From NCBI GenBank assembly GCA_964533405.1, contig CAZHKB010000001.1, forward strand, positions 1 to 43,763: a stretch of 43,763 nucleotides of DNA, given 5' to 3'. The position numbers were made by a program, and so were the translations under genes. Below are positions 10,551 through 19,761 of this stretch, piece after piece. This DNA is from an uncultured Phycisphaeraceae bacterium (GTDB taxonomy: Bacteria; Planctomycetota; Phycisphaerae; Phycisphaerales; UBA1924). The notes under the pieces were generated by a model, which was not told the origin of the DNA, made no database searches, and saw nothing but the letters and a program-made list of their open reading frames with translations. Numbering within the stretch: position 1 is the first letter of the stretch; the number at the start of each line of letters is the position of its first letter.

Positions 10551-12472
10551 CACCCCGCGCTGAAGAGTGAGAGGTAGTAGAAGAAGTCGTCGTTGGTGGT
10601 TACGCCGTTGGCTTGGCCATAGCCCGGGCTGCCCGGGATTGCGTTCGTGGTGAGGTCGGAGCGTGCGTCGGAGACGGCGAAGAGAGTGAGGTAGAAGAAG
10701 AAGTCGTCGTTGTTGAGCACGCCGTTCGGATAGCCGTGCCCCGGCTGGCCTGGGACCGCGCCGGTGGTGAGGTCGGCGGGGCAGGTGGAGGGGCAACCGC
10801 CGCGGGGACAGAAGAAGGTCAGGCGCATGACGGGGGAGAGGGCTTGGCCGCCGGCGGCCGCGGCATCGGTCACCCACCACTGGACATACACAACCTGCCC
10901 CGCGTGGTGGCTGCTCGCGTCGAGGGGCCAGTGGTGCGTCGCCACCCCCGCGCCCGCGCCCAGGCCCGCGAGCGTGACGGGTCCGATCAGCGACTCGGGC
11001 ACCACGCGCCCGGCGACCGGCGGCTGGCTGGAGATCGCCAGGCTCGCGCTCGCCCCGCCCAGGGCATCGCCGAGACCGATCTTGAAGTCGGCGTTGCCGA
11101 TCATGGCGGGGGCGCGGGTGATGATGGTGGGCACGAGGCCGCCCGTGCCGGGCGTGCCAACGGTAACCTCGAGAGGCAACAGCTCGCCGCGATCCCGGTA
11201 CAGGTCGGCGCGATCGAACGGGAACGTCTCCGCCTGCACGCGGGCGTCGGTCAGCCCGTTCTGGATGAAGTCAACCACCGCCACGATCTGGTTTGGTGGG
11301 ATCTGGACCTGCGGCATCAGGGGGTCCTGATTGGCCGGGAACTGGGGAGCGGCCCCCGGAACCCGAGCGTAGAACCGCACGACGTCGGTCAGGTTGGTGA
11401 ACTGCCCGTTGTGCATGAACTGCGTCCGCAGCCCGACGTTTCGCAGGGAGGGGACGCGGAAACGCCCTGCATCCTGGGGCAGGCCCGTCACGTTCTGGCG
11501 CCCGCGATCCTCGTTGAGCGGGCGCAGCCCGATGTTGCGGAACGTGTTGTTGGTGAACTGCTGGGGCGTGTGGCACAGGTTGCAGCGCCCGGGGCCGTTG
11601 AACGTGTTCATGCCCAGAGTCTGCTGGGCGGTGAGCGAGGCGGGGATGCCGGCTTGGAACCTGTCCCAGGGCGTCTGATCGGGGATGAGCGTGCGCTCAA
11701 AGGTCGCGATCGCGAATGCGATGCGCTCGGCGGTGATCTCGGGCGTGCCGAATGCCCGTCGGAACAGCTCCGGATACGAGGGATTGCCCGACAACCCTTG
11801 CTCGACATCCACCTGCAGACCGGTGGCGAGCGCGAGCGGGCGGGCCGAGGCGAGTTTCGCGGCGACCTGGTTCCAGTCGCGCCCGAGGTGCGCCATCTCC
11901 ACGTCGTTGAGCACCGGCGCGATGGCCTGGCTCTCCAGCCCACCGCCGAGCGGGATCGAGACGGCGCCGGTCTGGGGATTGATGAACTGCGAGCGGGCCC
12001 GCCCGTCCCAGAACAGGTCGTCGCCATACGCGGCCATGATGTGCGAGTTGGTGCTGCGGGCGGTCACCTGGGTCTGCACCCCGAAGGATGCGCTGCGGAG
12101 GTAGTCGCCCATGGTCGTGGTGAGCGTCACGCCCGGCGAGCCGAAACCGTCGTCGGGCGTGTTGAAGACCAGGTCGGCGCCCGGGTGGCGCGCCCGGCGC
12201 GAGTCGCCGCCGCCCACGGCCGGCACATGGCAGGTGGCGCAGGCCGTGGTGTTGTCCATCGACAACTGCTCGTCGAAGAACAAGACCTTGCCCAGCAGGC
12301 GTTTGGACTCACTGAACAAGTTCTGGGGGGGAGTCGGCGGCGGCGGCAGCGCCGCCGGCGCGAGCGACAGCCACGCCACCGCCGCCGCCCCCGTGAACGC
12401 CAGCGGCAGGCCCGCCGCGGTCAGAAACCGCGCGGCACCCACCCGTCCACGACCGTTTGCCGACTTTCCCAT
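10547..12472 (-). CDS. di-heme cytochrome c peroxidase / MauG family protein with GC-ended dockerin-like module
   Basis: ORF 10547..12568. ATG 12472 follows GAGGG and gives a signal peptide. Two heme-c sites, CATCH and CNLCH, are present. The module is at 10547..10783. Confidence 0.8.
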   Translation of the reverse strand: MGKSANGRGRVGAARFLTAAGLPLAFTGAAAVAWLSLAPAALPPPPTPPQNLFSESKRLLGKVLFFDEQLSMDNTTACATCHVPAVGGGDSRRARHPGADLVFNTPDDGFGSPGVTLTTTMGDYLRSASFGVQTQVTARSTNSHIMAAYGDDLFWDGRARSQFINPQTGAVSIPLGGGLESQAIAPVLNDVEMAHLGRDWNQVAAKLASARPLALATGLQVDVEQGLSGNPSYPELFRRAFGTPEITAERIAFAIATFERTLIPDQTPWDRFQAGIPASLTAQQTLGMNTFNGPGRCNLCHTPQQFTNNTFRNIGLRPLNEDRGRQNVTGLPQDAGRFRVPSLRNVGLRTQFMHNGQFTNLTDVVRFYARVPGAAPQFPANQDPLMPQVQIPPNQIVAVVDFIQNGLTDARVQAETFPFDRADLYRDRGELLPLEVTVGTPGTGGLVPTIITRAPAMIGNADFKIGLGDALGGASASLAISSQPPVAGRVVPESLIGPVTLAGLGAGAGVATHHWPLDASSHHAGQVVYVQWWVTDAAAAGGQALSPVMRLTFFCPRGGCPSTCPADLTTGAVPGQPGHGYPNGVLNNDDFFFYLTLFAVSDARSDLTTNAIPGSPGYGQANGVTTNDDFFYYLSLFSAGC

Positions 12473-12683
12473 TCCCGGACCCTCAGTGCGCCTGTCCAAC
12501 GTAGCAGATGGCACGCGATTGCACGAGCCAATCGCGGCCCGGGAGGTGAGCGTTTGCGAACCGCCCACCCGGCCGACCTGGCGAATGAAAACCGGCCACC
12601 CGCCAGTTCGGGCGGGTGGGCGGTCGCTTGGGAGCGACGGGGGTTCTCCGCATCCCCGCGCGTCATCGCCCGACGTGCCGGGT

Positions 12684-13187
12684 TCAGCAGCCGGCCGCGA
12701 AGATCAAGATGTAGAAGAAGAAATCGTCGTTGTTCAGCACGCCGTTGCCCGTCCCATATCCCGGGGCGCCGGGGCGGATCGCGGTGTCCACGTCCAGCAC
12801 CGTGCCGGTGCAGCCGTCGGCGGCCATCTGCAGCGACCACTGATAGGGCCCGAGGTCGGTGTAGACGTTGAGCAGCAGGAAGCACGAGGTGCCAGCAAAG
12901 TCGCTGGGCACCCACCAGGACGCGGTGTAGCGCCACTGGCCTGAGTTCACGCCGGTGCGGGTGCGGACGGCGTCGGCGCCCAGTCCAATCTCCATCGAGT
13001 TCGGCGCGCTGCGGGCGTGCGCGGTCGAGATGATGCCGAAGGCGGCCAGGGAGTTGTCCCAGCCCTTCCAACCGCCGGTCCCGTTGGGCCCGCCGGGCGA
13101 GTAGGAGTCGAAGTTGTCCAACCACTCGGCGCAGGCCACGGTGGGCACCAGCGTGAGCAGCGCGAGAGCGGCGCAAGAGCGCTTCAT
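12684..13187 (-). CDS. small secreted hypothetical protein with a single (half) GC-ended dockerin-like repeat
   Basis: ORF 12684..13385. ATG 13187 gives the signal peptide [20 protein letters not shown]. The C-terminus is [29 protein letters not shown] (12684..12812). Confidence 0.7.
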   Translation of the reverse strand: MKRSCAALALLTLVPTVACAEWLDNFDSYSPGGPNGTGGWKGWDNSLAAFGIISTAHARSAPNSMEIGLGADAVRTRTGVNSGQWRYTASWWVPSDFAGTSCFLLLNVYTDLGPYQWSLQMAADGCTGTVLDVDTAIRPGAPGYGTGNGVLNNDDFFFYILIFAAGC

Positions 13188-13433
13188 GACAGAATCCCCA
13201 GGCAGACGCGCCACGCAAAGCCCAACCCGGCCCCTCGGAAAGCACGCCACGAGGCCGCCCTCCGCGCGATGCGCGCGAACCCCGGTAACCATGCTGCGGA
13301 ACCTGGGCGCGATGTCAACGCTAGATTCAGGAACTTGCGACGCGATACGGACGATCTTCGAACATCTCCGCAACTCGTTGCACAAAGGCGAGATGTGGAC
13401 CGATTAGGCCCACACCCCGAGGTGATGCTGGGG

Positions 13434-14153
13434 TCAGTCAGGGGCATGTCCGCGGGGGCGTCGGCGCGCACGCGTCGCACCCCAGAGCAGCACGAGGCAA
13501 GCGGAGGTCGGTGTCGGGACCAGGTTGGCCTCCGTCCATTCAATCGCCTGTTCGTGCTCAAGCTCCGAGGAGTCCCAGTTGAACACGAGCCAGATCGGGT
13601 CGGAAGCCGCGATCGAAGTGTCCGATGCCCAGATCTCCAGTTCGAGCAGGTAGATGCCGGGGGAGTTGGTGGTCAGCTCATAGAAGGGGTGCTCGTCGAA
13701 CCCGCCCTGCTGATGCACGCCCGCGTCGGAGACGACCGCGAAGCCCGGCACGATCACGTCGATCAGCGGCGTCAGCACCTGATTCGTGCCGGGGCCAGAG
13801 TCGTAAAGACGCATGCGCTGGCTGGCAGGCCCGCTCAGAAAGTCGTCGCCGTTCCACGCCCGCAGCGCGCTGCGGATGTTGAACCCCAGCGAGGTGCCGG
13901 GAGCGAAGCCTTGCCCGACGTTGTCGAACGGCCCGAGCCAGCCCGGCTCGTCGGTGAACACGAGCCCGCCCTGCTCGGCGAGCTCGCCCGCGAAGACCCG
14001 TTCGGGGAACTCGAACGAGTTCGGATACAGCGAGTGATCGCCCAACCCGGTCACGACCTTGTTGTTGATGTTGGTGATGGCGATGTCGCCCTCGTGGGCC
14101 AGGGCGAGGGGCGCGAGCGACGCGACGATCAAGATGAACGGACGACTATGCAT
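13434..14153 (-). CDS. secreted hypothetical protein with PEP-CTERM-like C-terminal anchor (paralog of 14338..15222)
   Basis: ORF 13434..14417, but its first 88 codons overlap the neighbour's 3' end in another frame. ATG 14153 gives the signal peptide MHSRPFILIVASLAPLALA. The tail is VPTP-TSACLVLLWGA-TRARRRPR. Confidence 0.7.
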   Translation of the reverse strand: MHSRPFILIVASLAPLALAHEGDIAITNINNKVVTGLGDHSLYPNSFEFPERVFAGELAEQGGLVFTDEPGWLGPFDNVGQGFAPGTSLGFNIRSALRAWNGDDFLSGPASQRMRLYDSGPGTNQVLTPLIDVIVPGFAVVSDAGVHQQGGFDEHPFYELTTNSPGIYLLELEIWASDTSIAASDPIWLVFNWDSSELEHEQAIEWTEANLVPTPTSACLVLLWGATRARRRPRGHAPD

Positions 14154-14337
14154 GGTGATCTCTCTCATTAAAATGGGATGGATGGTGATTCGGCAAACCA
14201 GATACCTGGGTGGGACGCCCGTGGCTCTGAGCGGCCATGCTCGAACCGACACTGCAATCGACGACCCTCCTTTCTCCCGGTCTTTAGCGTGGTCGCGCAG
14301 CGCCTCGACCACGCCACGCCCAAGCACCAACAGCGCT

Positions 14338-15222
14338 TCAGCACCCCGCCGCGAACAGGGCGAGGTAGTAGAAGAAGTCGTCGTTGTTGAGGACCCCGTT
14401 GGGTACGCCGTAACCAACCGAGCCGGGGATGGCCGTCGTGGTCGTGTCGGCCACCGCGAGATTGCCGGCCGCGAACTGCGAGAGGTAGTAGAAGAAGTCG
14501 TCGTTGTTGAGCACGCCGTTGGGCGTGCCGTACCCCGGCTGGCCCGGCACGGCCACGGTGGTCAGATCGGGCGGGCACGGGTTGGCGCTGATCGGCAGAT
14601 TCGCCGTTGCCCAGGCCAGCGCGACATTGAACGCGCCCACATCGCCGCCCTGCCTGAACACGATCCAGAACGGATCGGACGGGCCGATCGCTGCGCTGTT
14701 GCTCCAGAGCCGCAGGTTGAGCAGGTACGCGCCGTCCGAAGCCGGGGCGGTAAGCGTGAAGCCGAAGTGCTTGTGGTACTCGCCGCTGGCCGAGACGCTG
14801 GCCGACAAGCCCGGCACGACCGCTGCGGCGGGCGGGGTTGAGATCGGGCCGAGCACGCCGAAGCGGATGTCGATCCGCTCGGCGGGAATGGTGCCGAAGT
14901 TCGCACCGTTCCACTTGCGCAGCGCGTCGAGGATGTCAAAGCCGATCTGCGAGCTCGGTGGGAACACGCCCGGGCCCGAGTCAAAGCCCGGATCGTTGGT
15001 GAAGTTGGGCTGCTCGCCGAACACCCCGGCGTGGACGAGCACGGGGAAGTCGGGGAGTGATCCGCCAACCGGGAACGCGCCGGTCTGGATGCGGGCGGAC
15101 GTGCCCGACGGCCGGATGATGACGTCGCCGACGTGCTGCGCCAGCGTCGGCGGCGCGATCAGGAGTACGAACGCAGAAGAGACCAGAGCAGAGCGCGAGA
15201 GGTCGAGAACTGGTGTGGACAT
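14338..15222 (-). CDS. secreted hypothetical protein with GC-ended dockerin-like module (paralog of 13434..14153)
   Basis: ORF 14338..15324. ATG 15222 gives a signal peptide ending PPTLAQ. The N-terminal domain aligns by eye with the preceding gene (H-x-GD-[IV], ...LR-x-WNG-x-[DN]F, DP-[FI]W-[IL]VF). The module is at 14338..14577. Confidence 0.75.
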   Translation of the reverse strand: MSTPVLDLSRSALVSSAFVLLIAPPTLAQHVGDVIIRPSGTSARIQTGAFPVGGSLPDFPVLVHAGVFGEQPNFTNDPGFDSGPGVFPPSSQIGFDILDALRKWNGANFGTIPAERIDIRFGVLGPISTPPAAAVVPGLSASVSASGEYHKHFGFTLTAPASDGAYLLNLRLWSNSAAIGPSDPFWIVFRQGGDVGAFNVALAWATANLPISANPCPPDLTTVAVPGQPGYGTPNGVLNNDDFFYYLSQFAAGNLAVADTTTTAIPGSVGYGVPNGVLNNDDFFYYLALFAAGC

Positions 15223-15339
15223 TGGATGCTCCTCACTCGGCCAGAATGGGGCCGATTGGGATCGTGGTGAAAGACTGAGTGAACTCGTGTGGACGCCCGA
15301 ACCGTCCGGCTCAAACAGCCGCACGCGTCGGTGGCCTTT

Positions 15340-16197
15340 CTAATGCGCCAAATCGGGATCAAAGTTGTTGTCATCAAACGAGCGATACACCTGCCTGAAC
15401 CGCTGCACCCCGGCGTGCCCATCCAGAAAGCCATACGTCGCCATCGCCTCGAACGAGCGCGGTTTGCCGCCCCAGGCCGCCACATCCATCTCATCGCTCG
15501 CCACGCCCGGTTCATTGCCCGGCCCGGCCGAGGGCCAGTCCTCAACATGAACATGGTCGGCCTTGGCGAACGCGCTGATGGTGTTGCCCGGTGGCCGAGG
15601 CTGGCCCTGGGTCATCATGAGAAAGTGGACGGTGGCCGCGGGCGAGGGGATATGCTCGATCGCGTCGTATCGGGCACGCCGCATGAACGCCGGGTCGGGC
15701 TGCTTCGACCGCGTCGTGTAGTTGTTCAGTCCGTACGACGTCCACCGCGCCAGCGCGCTCTCGGGCGGGTTGTTCGAGGGATCGCCGTCGGTCAGCAGGT
15801 CGAGAGCCTGAGCGAGCGTCAGGCCGGGGTCGTTCCCGCCCTGAGAGATCGGCCACGCGGGGCTGGCATCGCCCGGCGAGCGAAGCGCGATGCTTGCCCC
15901 GTAACTCGCCGCCAGCACCACCGGCCACGCCCGCGAGGCATCGCCCACGCCGCCATGATCCAGACCGGCGTCGACGAAATATCCTCGGTTGTCGTCGTAG
16001 TACATGGTGTGCGCCAGCTCAAGCTGTCGCACGTTGGACAGGCACACCGCCGAGCGCGCCGCTTGCCTGGCGTGCGACAGCGAAGGGAGCGCAATCGCCA
16101 GCACCACCCCCACCACCGCGATCACCACGAGCAGCTCGACAAGCGTGAAGCCACGACGCCGCGGGCGCACTGCCCGCGCGAAGCCGGAACGGGCCAT
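15340..16197 (-). CDS. DUF1559 / H-X9-DG protein with prepilin-type N-terminal cleavage/methylation domain (type II pseudopilin-like)
   Basis: ATG 16197. The N-terminus GFTLVELLVVIAVVGVVLAIALPSL is a prepilin signature. FLDGHAGV lies near the C-terminus. Confidence 0.8.
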   Translation of the reverse strand: MARSGFARAVRPRRRGFTLVELLVVIAVVGVVLAIALPSLSHARQAARSAVCLSNVRQLELAHTMYYDDNRGYFVDAGLDHGGVGDASRAWPVVLAASYGASIALRSPGDASPAWPISQGGNDPGLTLAQALDLLTDGDPSNNPPESALARWTSYGLNNYTTRSKQPDPAFMRRARYDAIEHIPSPAATVHFLMMTQGQPRPPGNTISAFAKADHVHVEDWPSAGPGNEPGVASDEMDVAAWGGKPRSFEAMATYGFLDGHAGVQRFRQVYRSFDDNNFDPDLAH

Positions 16198-16413
16198 GGC
16201 AGGTTCCTCATCGGCGCGCCATCGCGCCAGGTGCGGTCTGAAAGTCACGATGGAGAGCGGATACGACGCGCGGGGCGTCCCACGTCACCAACGCCCACAC
16301 GCGGGGGCGTGATGCCAAGAACCCAGGCCCGCGCCGGCAACCAACCTCATCACGCGTCCGCACCGCCCCGCACCCAGGCCACCCGGCCCGCGCGGAACAA
16401 CGATCGGCGGGGC

Positions 16414-16896
16414 TCACGACCCGAGAGGGGGTCCGCGTGATCTGGACTCCAGTGGCCCGTCCATGCACACCGCCCGATCGGCGCGACACACCGATCGCCA
16501 CACCCCGAACCCGATTGCCGGCCCCTCGGGAACCGCCGGCGGCGCCGACGCAACCCTCGCGCGCGCGATCAGCTCGCACAGCCCGCACCCGTCGTGGTCG
16601 CCCGGGTCGTGCGCGGGGAGCGCGGGCCCGCCCCCCTCATCCTGCACGTCGAGGGCCGCGCTGGAATCGCCCGCCTGCCAGGCGTGGGCGCGCCCGCCCT
16701 GGAGGGCGTGCTCGGCGGCATGCGACTGACCCGCCCGGCACGCCCGCGGCAGATCCCCGCGGTACACATGCCCGCTCGCCTGATGATGCACGCGCTCGTG
16801 CCACGCGGACGCGAAGACCGGCAGCAGCAACGAGAGCGACACCACCACCGCCGTCCACGCGGCGTAGGTCGATCGAACTGGACCGCTCCGGGTCAT
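16414..16896 (-). CDS. small membrane-anchored His/Cys-rich hypothetical protein
   Basis: ATG 16896. There is one N-terminal TM segment (AWTAVVVSLSLLLPVFASAW), a His-rich stretch and a CGLC motif. The opposing ORF 16437..17096 is Arg-rich junk. No family was recognised with confidence. Confidence 0.4.
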   Translation of the reverse strand: MTRSGPVRSTYAAWTAVVVSLSLLLPVFASAWHERVHHQASGHVYRGDLPRACRAGQSHAAEHALQGGRAHAWQAGDSSAALDVQDEGGGPALPAHDPGDHDGCGLCELIARARVASAPPAVPEGPAIGFGVWRSVCRADRAVCMDGPLESRSRGPPLGS

Positions 16897-17065
16897 CGCT
16901 GGGACCAGTATACCGCCACGCCGGGCGTTGTCAAGAATCGAATCTCAATAAGAGAACGGGCGATCGCTCCGCCGCGGGCACGCCCGTCCCTGGGCGTGCT
17001 GTGGGCGCACCCGCGCCCGACGATGGGCGTGCCACGCGCTGCTCGCCAACCGCGTGCGCTTCCTC

Positions 17066-18505
17066 TCAGCACCCGGCGGCGAAGATCGACAGATAGAAGA
17101 AGAAATCGTCGTTGTTCATCGTGCCGTTCGGGGCGCCATAGCCCGGCGAGCCGGGGATGGCGGAGTTGGTCATGTCGCAGACGGCGAGGTTGCCGGCGGC
17201 GAACTGCGAGAGGTAGTAGAAGAAGTCGTCGTTGTTGAGGATGGAGTTGGGCGTGCCGTAGCCAGGGGAGGCGGGGATGGCCGAGGTGGTGAGGTCCGGT
17301 CGGCAGGTTGGCGCGTTGCACGCGCCGGGCTGGCCGCAGACGGTGCCCGCGCCGCCCCAGACGCCCTGCAGCTGCTGGCAGGTGCTCTGGTTCAGGTTCG
17401 CGCAGGAGCCGAGCGACGGGATGCAGCAGGAGCCGGTGGGAGCGGTGCAGGTGACGAACTGGCAAAGGCTGCCTTCGCCCTGGTAGGTGCCGCCAGCGCT
17501 GATGCAGTTGCCCTGAGACATCTCCTGGCATCCGCCGCTGCTGAGGCAACACGCCCCAAAGCCCGGCAGGCAGTTGACGCGGGTCCATGTGGTGCGCATG
17601 ACCCAGTCGCCGGTGGGACGGCAGAAGAAACTGAGGTTGGAGAACCGGGACCAACCGCCGTTGGGCGGGCAGCCGAACGGGCCACAGTTCAGGCCGTTGA
17701 GCCAGTTGTTTCCGGACTGCTGGAGCCCGCTGCCGGCGGGCGGCGCGGGATCGGTGGTCGGGAAAATGTTGAGGTTCGAGGGCGAACCCGAGACGCACGG
17801 GTTGGCCGAGGGGGCGTTGAACTTGTCGATGCGGAACGCGATGCTGAACTGGCCCGTTCCGCTCGGGTTCTGCACGATGATCTGCTCGGGATCGCTGGGA
17901 TCAATCTGGAAAACCAGGTGCAGGCCCTGCGTCCCGGGCCCGAGGCGTGCGTGCGGAAGCAGCTCATCATCGCTCGACCACTCGGCGATCAGCGTGCCGG
18001 TCTGCGGCGTGCCCTCGTAGACCAGCACGCTCCACTCGGCGACGCACTGGACCGTCGCGTTGGTCGTCGCCCAGAACGTCTCGATGGTGTCGAGGCGCAG
18101 CGGGAAGTGGTCCGCGGGCAGGGTGTACGTCGCGGCCTGGCTCTCACCCTGCGAGAAACCCATCTGCAGCGTGTACGACCCGGGCTGGAAGTTCTTGTCG
18201 GTGTGGGCCGACAAGCCGGTACAGGCCTCGGGCACCGGATTGCCGGGCGCGCCCGGCGCGTGGTTCAGCGCCCATTCGACCTGGTTGTAGTTGGTGCCCA
18301 GTGATGAGACGTACATGTGCTTGATCGAGTCGATCCGGACCGTCTGCTCGAGCGTGGCCCGCTGCAGCGCGGACTCGACCGGCGGGGCGACCGGGGCGGG
18401 CCCGGCCGTCGGGCCGGGCTGCGCCAGAGCGACCTGCGTGAGCAGACCGATGCCAAGGGCCACGCTCGCGCGGGCCACGACGTCCATGCCTCGCCCCATC
18501 TTCAT
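17066..18505 (-). CDS. secreted hypothetical protein with tandem Cys-rich modules and GC-ended dockerin-like module
   Basis: ORF 17066..18655. ATG 18505 follows AAAGGGA and gives a signal peptide ending VALAQP. Two ~37-aa Cys-rich repeats lie upstream of the module at 17066..17305. Confidence 0.7.
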   Translation of the reverse strand: MKMGRGMDVVARASVALGIGLLTQVALAQPGPTAGPAPVAPPVESALQRATLEQTVRIDSIKHMYVSSLGTNYNQVEWALNHAPGAPGNPVPEACTGLSAHTDKNFQPGSYTLQMGFSQGESQAATYTLPADHFPLRLDTIETFWATTNATVQCVAEWSVLVYEGTPQTGTLIAEWSSDDELLPHARLGPGTQGLHLVFQIDPSDPEQIIVQNPSGTGQFSIAFRIDKFNAPSANPCVSGSPSNLNIFPTTDPAPPAGSGLQQSGNNWLNGLNCGPFGCPPNGGWSRFSNLSFFCRPTGDWVMRTTWTRVNCLPGFGACCLSSGGCQEMSQGNCISAGGTYQGEGSLCQFVTCTAPTGSCCIPSLGSCANLNQSTCQQLQGVWGGAGTVCGQPGACNAPTCRPDLTTSAIPASPGYGTPNSILNNDDFFYYLSQFAAGNLAVCDMTNSAIPGSPGYGAPNGTMNNDDFFFYLSIFAAGC

Positions 18506-18677
18506 GTCGCGATCCCTTTCGGCTCCCTGGATCGACGACGGCCCGGCCCCAACAGCCCTGCCGCCGTCCCAGAGTGCTTCCCCCATTGTCCAGATACGCG
18601 GCCCGGATGCAAGCGGGTCCGGCCCATCCACGCCCGATAGCGTGGCGGGCCTCACCCTTCAAGGGCGGCTTGCCGGC

Positions 18678-19418
18678 TCATTCCTCCACGCCAAACTCCT
18701 CGTGCGAGTGTTCCTCGTGCTCGTGCAGGCGTTCCAGCACGTCCTTGGCGGTCGCCGAGTCGCCTTCCATCACCGCCTCCTCCAGCTCGAGGGCCATGCC
18801 CAGGGCTTCCATCAGGTGCTCGCGGAACTCGCCCCGGGCCGCCGCCGCGTCACCGCCAAAGTGCGCCAGGCCCTCGGGCGGGAACTCGTGCGTCGGGACA
18901 TGGAACTTGGCCGCCAGGAACCCCTCCTGCAGCGCCTGCACCTGCCTGAGGTCCTCGGCCTGCGACGCCGCGTTGAGCGCCGAATCTTCCAGCGCGTGGA
19001 ACGCCGTCTCGACGTTGTTCATCGCACGCCCCAGCGGCAACCGCCCACCGCCGCCGCCACCCCCGGGCCCGCGAAGATTCGCCGATCCGGCCTCCAGTTC
19101 CGCGCGATCGATGAACCCGTCCGTATTGGCGTCGAACCGATCGAAGTTCCGCTCCGCGAACTGCGGCGGAACTTCCGAACGCGCCAGCTTCCCGTCGCCG
19201 TTGGCGTCACCGCTCATCAGGCGATCGATGAACTGCTGCGGGTCGAAGTTCCCCCCCGGCCCGCCGGGCTGCCCGCCTCCGCCGCCGGGCTGGCCAGGGA
19301 TCCGCGGAATGTTGGGCACGCTCGGCATCCCGCCCCCGGGCTGGGCGATCGCAAAGCCGCACGCGGCGACCACGAGGGCGATCGGAAGAGCAACGACAGG
19401 CGCAACGGGACGCGGCAT
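18678..19418 (-). CDS. secreted EF-hand calcium-binding protein with C-terminal four-helix (cytochrome b562-like) domain
   Basis: ORF 18678..19598. ATG 19418 gives a signal peptide. There are two canonical EF loops, DANGDGKLARSE and DANTDGFIDRAE. The C-terminal ~110 aa is helical and parallels cytochrome b562 by eye. Confidence 0.65.
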   Translation of the reverse strand: MPRPVAPVVALPIALVVAACGFAIAQPGGGMPSVPNIPRIPGQPGGGGGQPGGPGGNFDPQQFIDRLMSGDANGDGKLARSEVPPQFAERNFDRFDANTDGFIDRAELEAGSANLRGPGGGGGGGRLPLGRAMNNVETAFHALEDSALNAASQAEDLRQVQALQEGFLAAKFHVPTHEFPPEGLAHFGGDAAAARGEFREHLMEALGMALELEEAVMEGDSATAKDVLERLHEHEEHSHEEFGVEE

Positions 19419-19761
19419 GGGTGGTCTCTGTGCAGGCGGACACGGGATCGCCGCACGCCCGACAACGGGGCGCGGCGAGAGCAGGGTAACGCCTTGCTCG
19501 CCTCGACGATTGCCCGTCGCCGCACGCCGCTTCCCGTGAGCGACTAAAGTTCCGTGAAGCCGCCAAGCCCGCCGATCTGGATGCCCAGCCGGAACCAACC
19601 CGGCCCCGGAGCGTCACACACCGGGCGCTCGGCGGCCCTCGTGCGGTGCTCTTGGGGGGTTTGTCGGATTTTGGGGGCAGGATCGGGCCAGCCGCGCGCC
19701 GGGAAGGGCCGCACGCCGCGGCAGGCCGCACTCGCCCCGAAGCCCGTACACTGGACCAACG

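Noticed and set aside
10613-12871. Very long ORFs lie antisense to called genes. Examples are 10613..12871 (752 aa), 37729..39933 (734 aa), 34097..35968, 35902..37605, 41570..43255, 83..1090, 585..1679, 7035..8429, 9101..10279 and 29626..30936.
   Set aside because: Their translations are monotonous Arg/Pro/Gly/Ala/Ser-rich strings with no motifs. The opposite strand carries clear family signatures and signal peptides. This is the usual stop-codon-poor artefact of very GC-rich DNA.
14154-14417. The N-terminal extension of ORF 13434..14417 ([14 protein letters not shown]...).
   Set aside because: It overlaps the 3' module of the upstream gene in another frame and is low-complexity. A clean signal peptide starts at ATG 14153.
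16437-17096. The plus-strand 219-aa ORF in the gap between the DUF1559 gene and the Cys-rich gene.
   Set aside because: It is extremely Arg/Pro-rich. The minus-strand 160-aa ORF, which has a TM segment, is the more plausible gene, though still weak.
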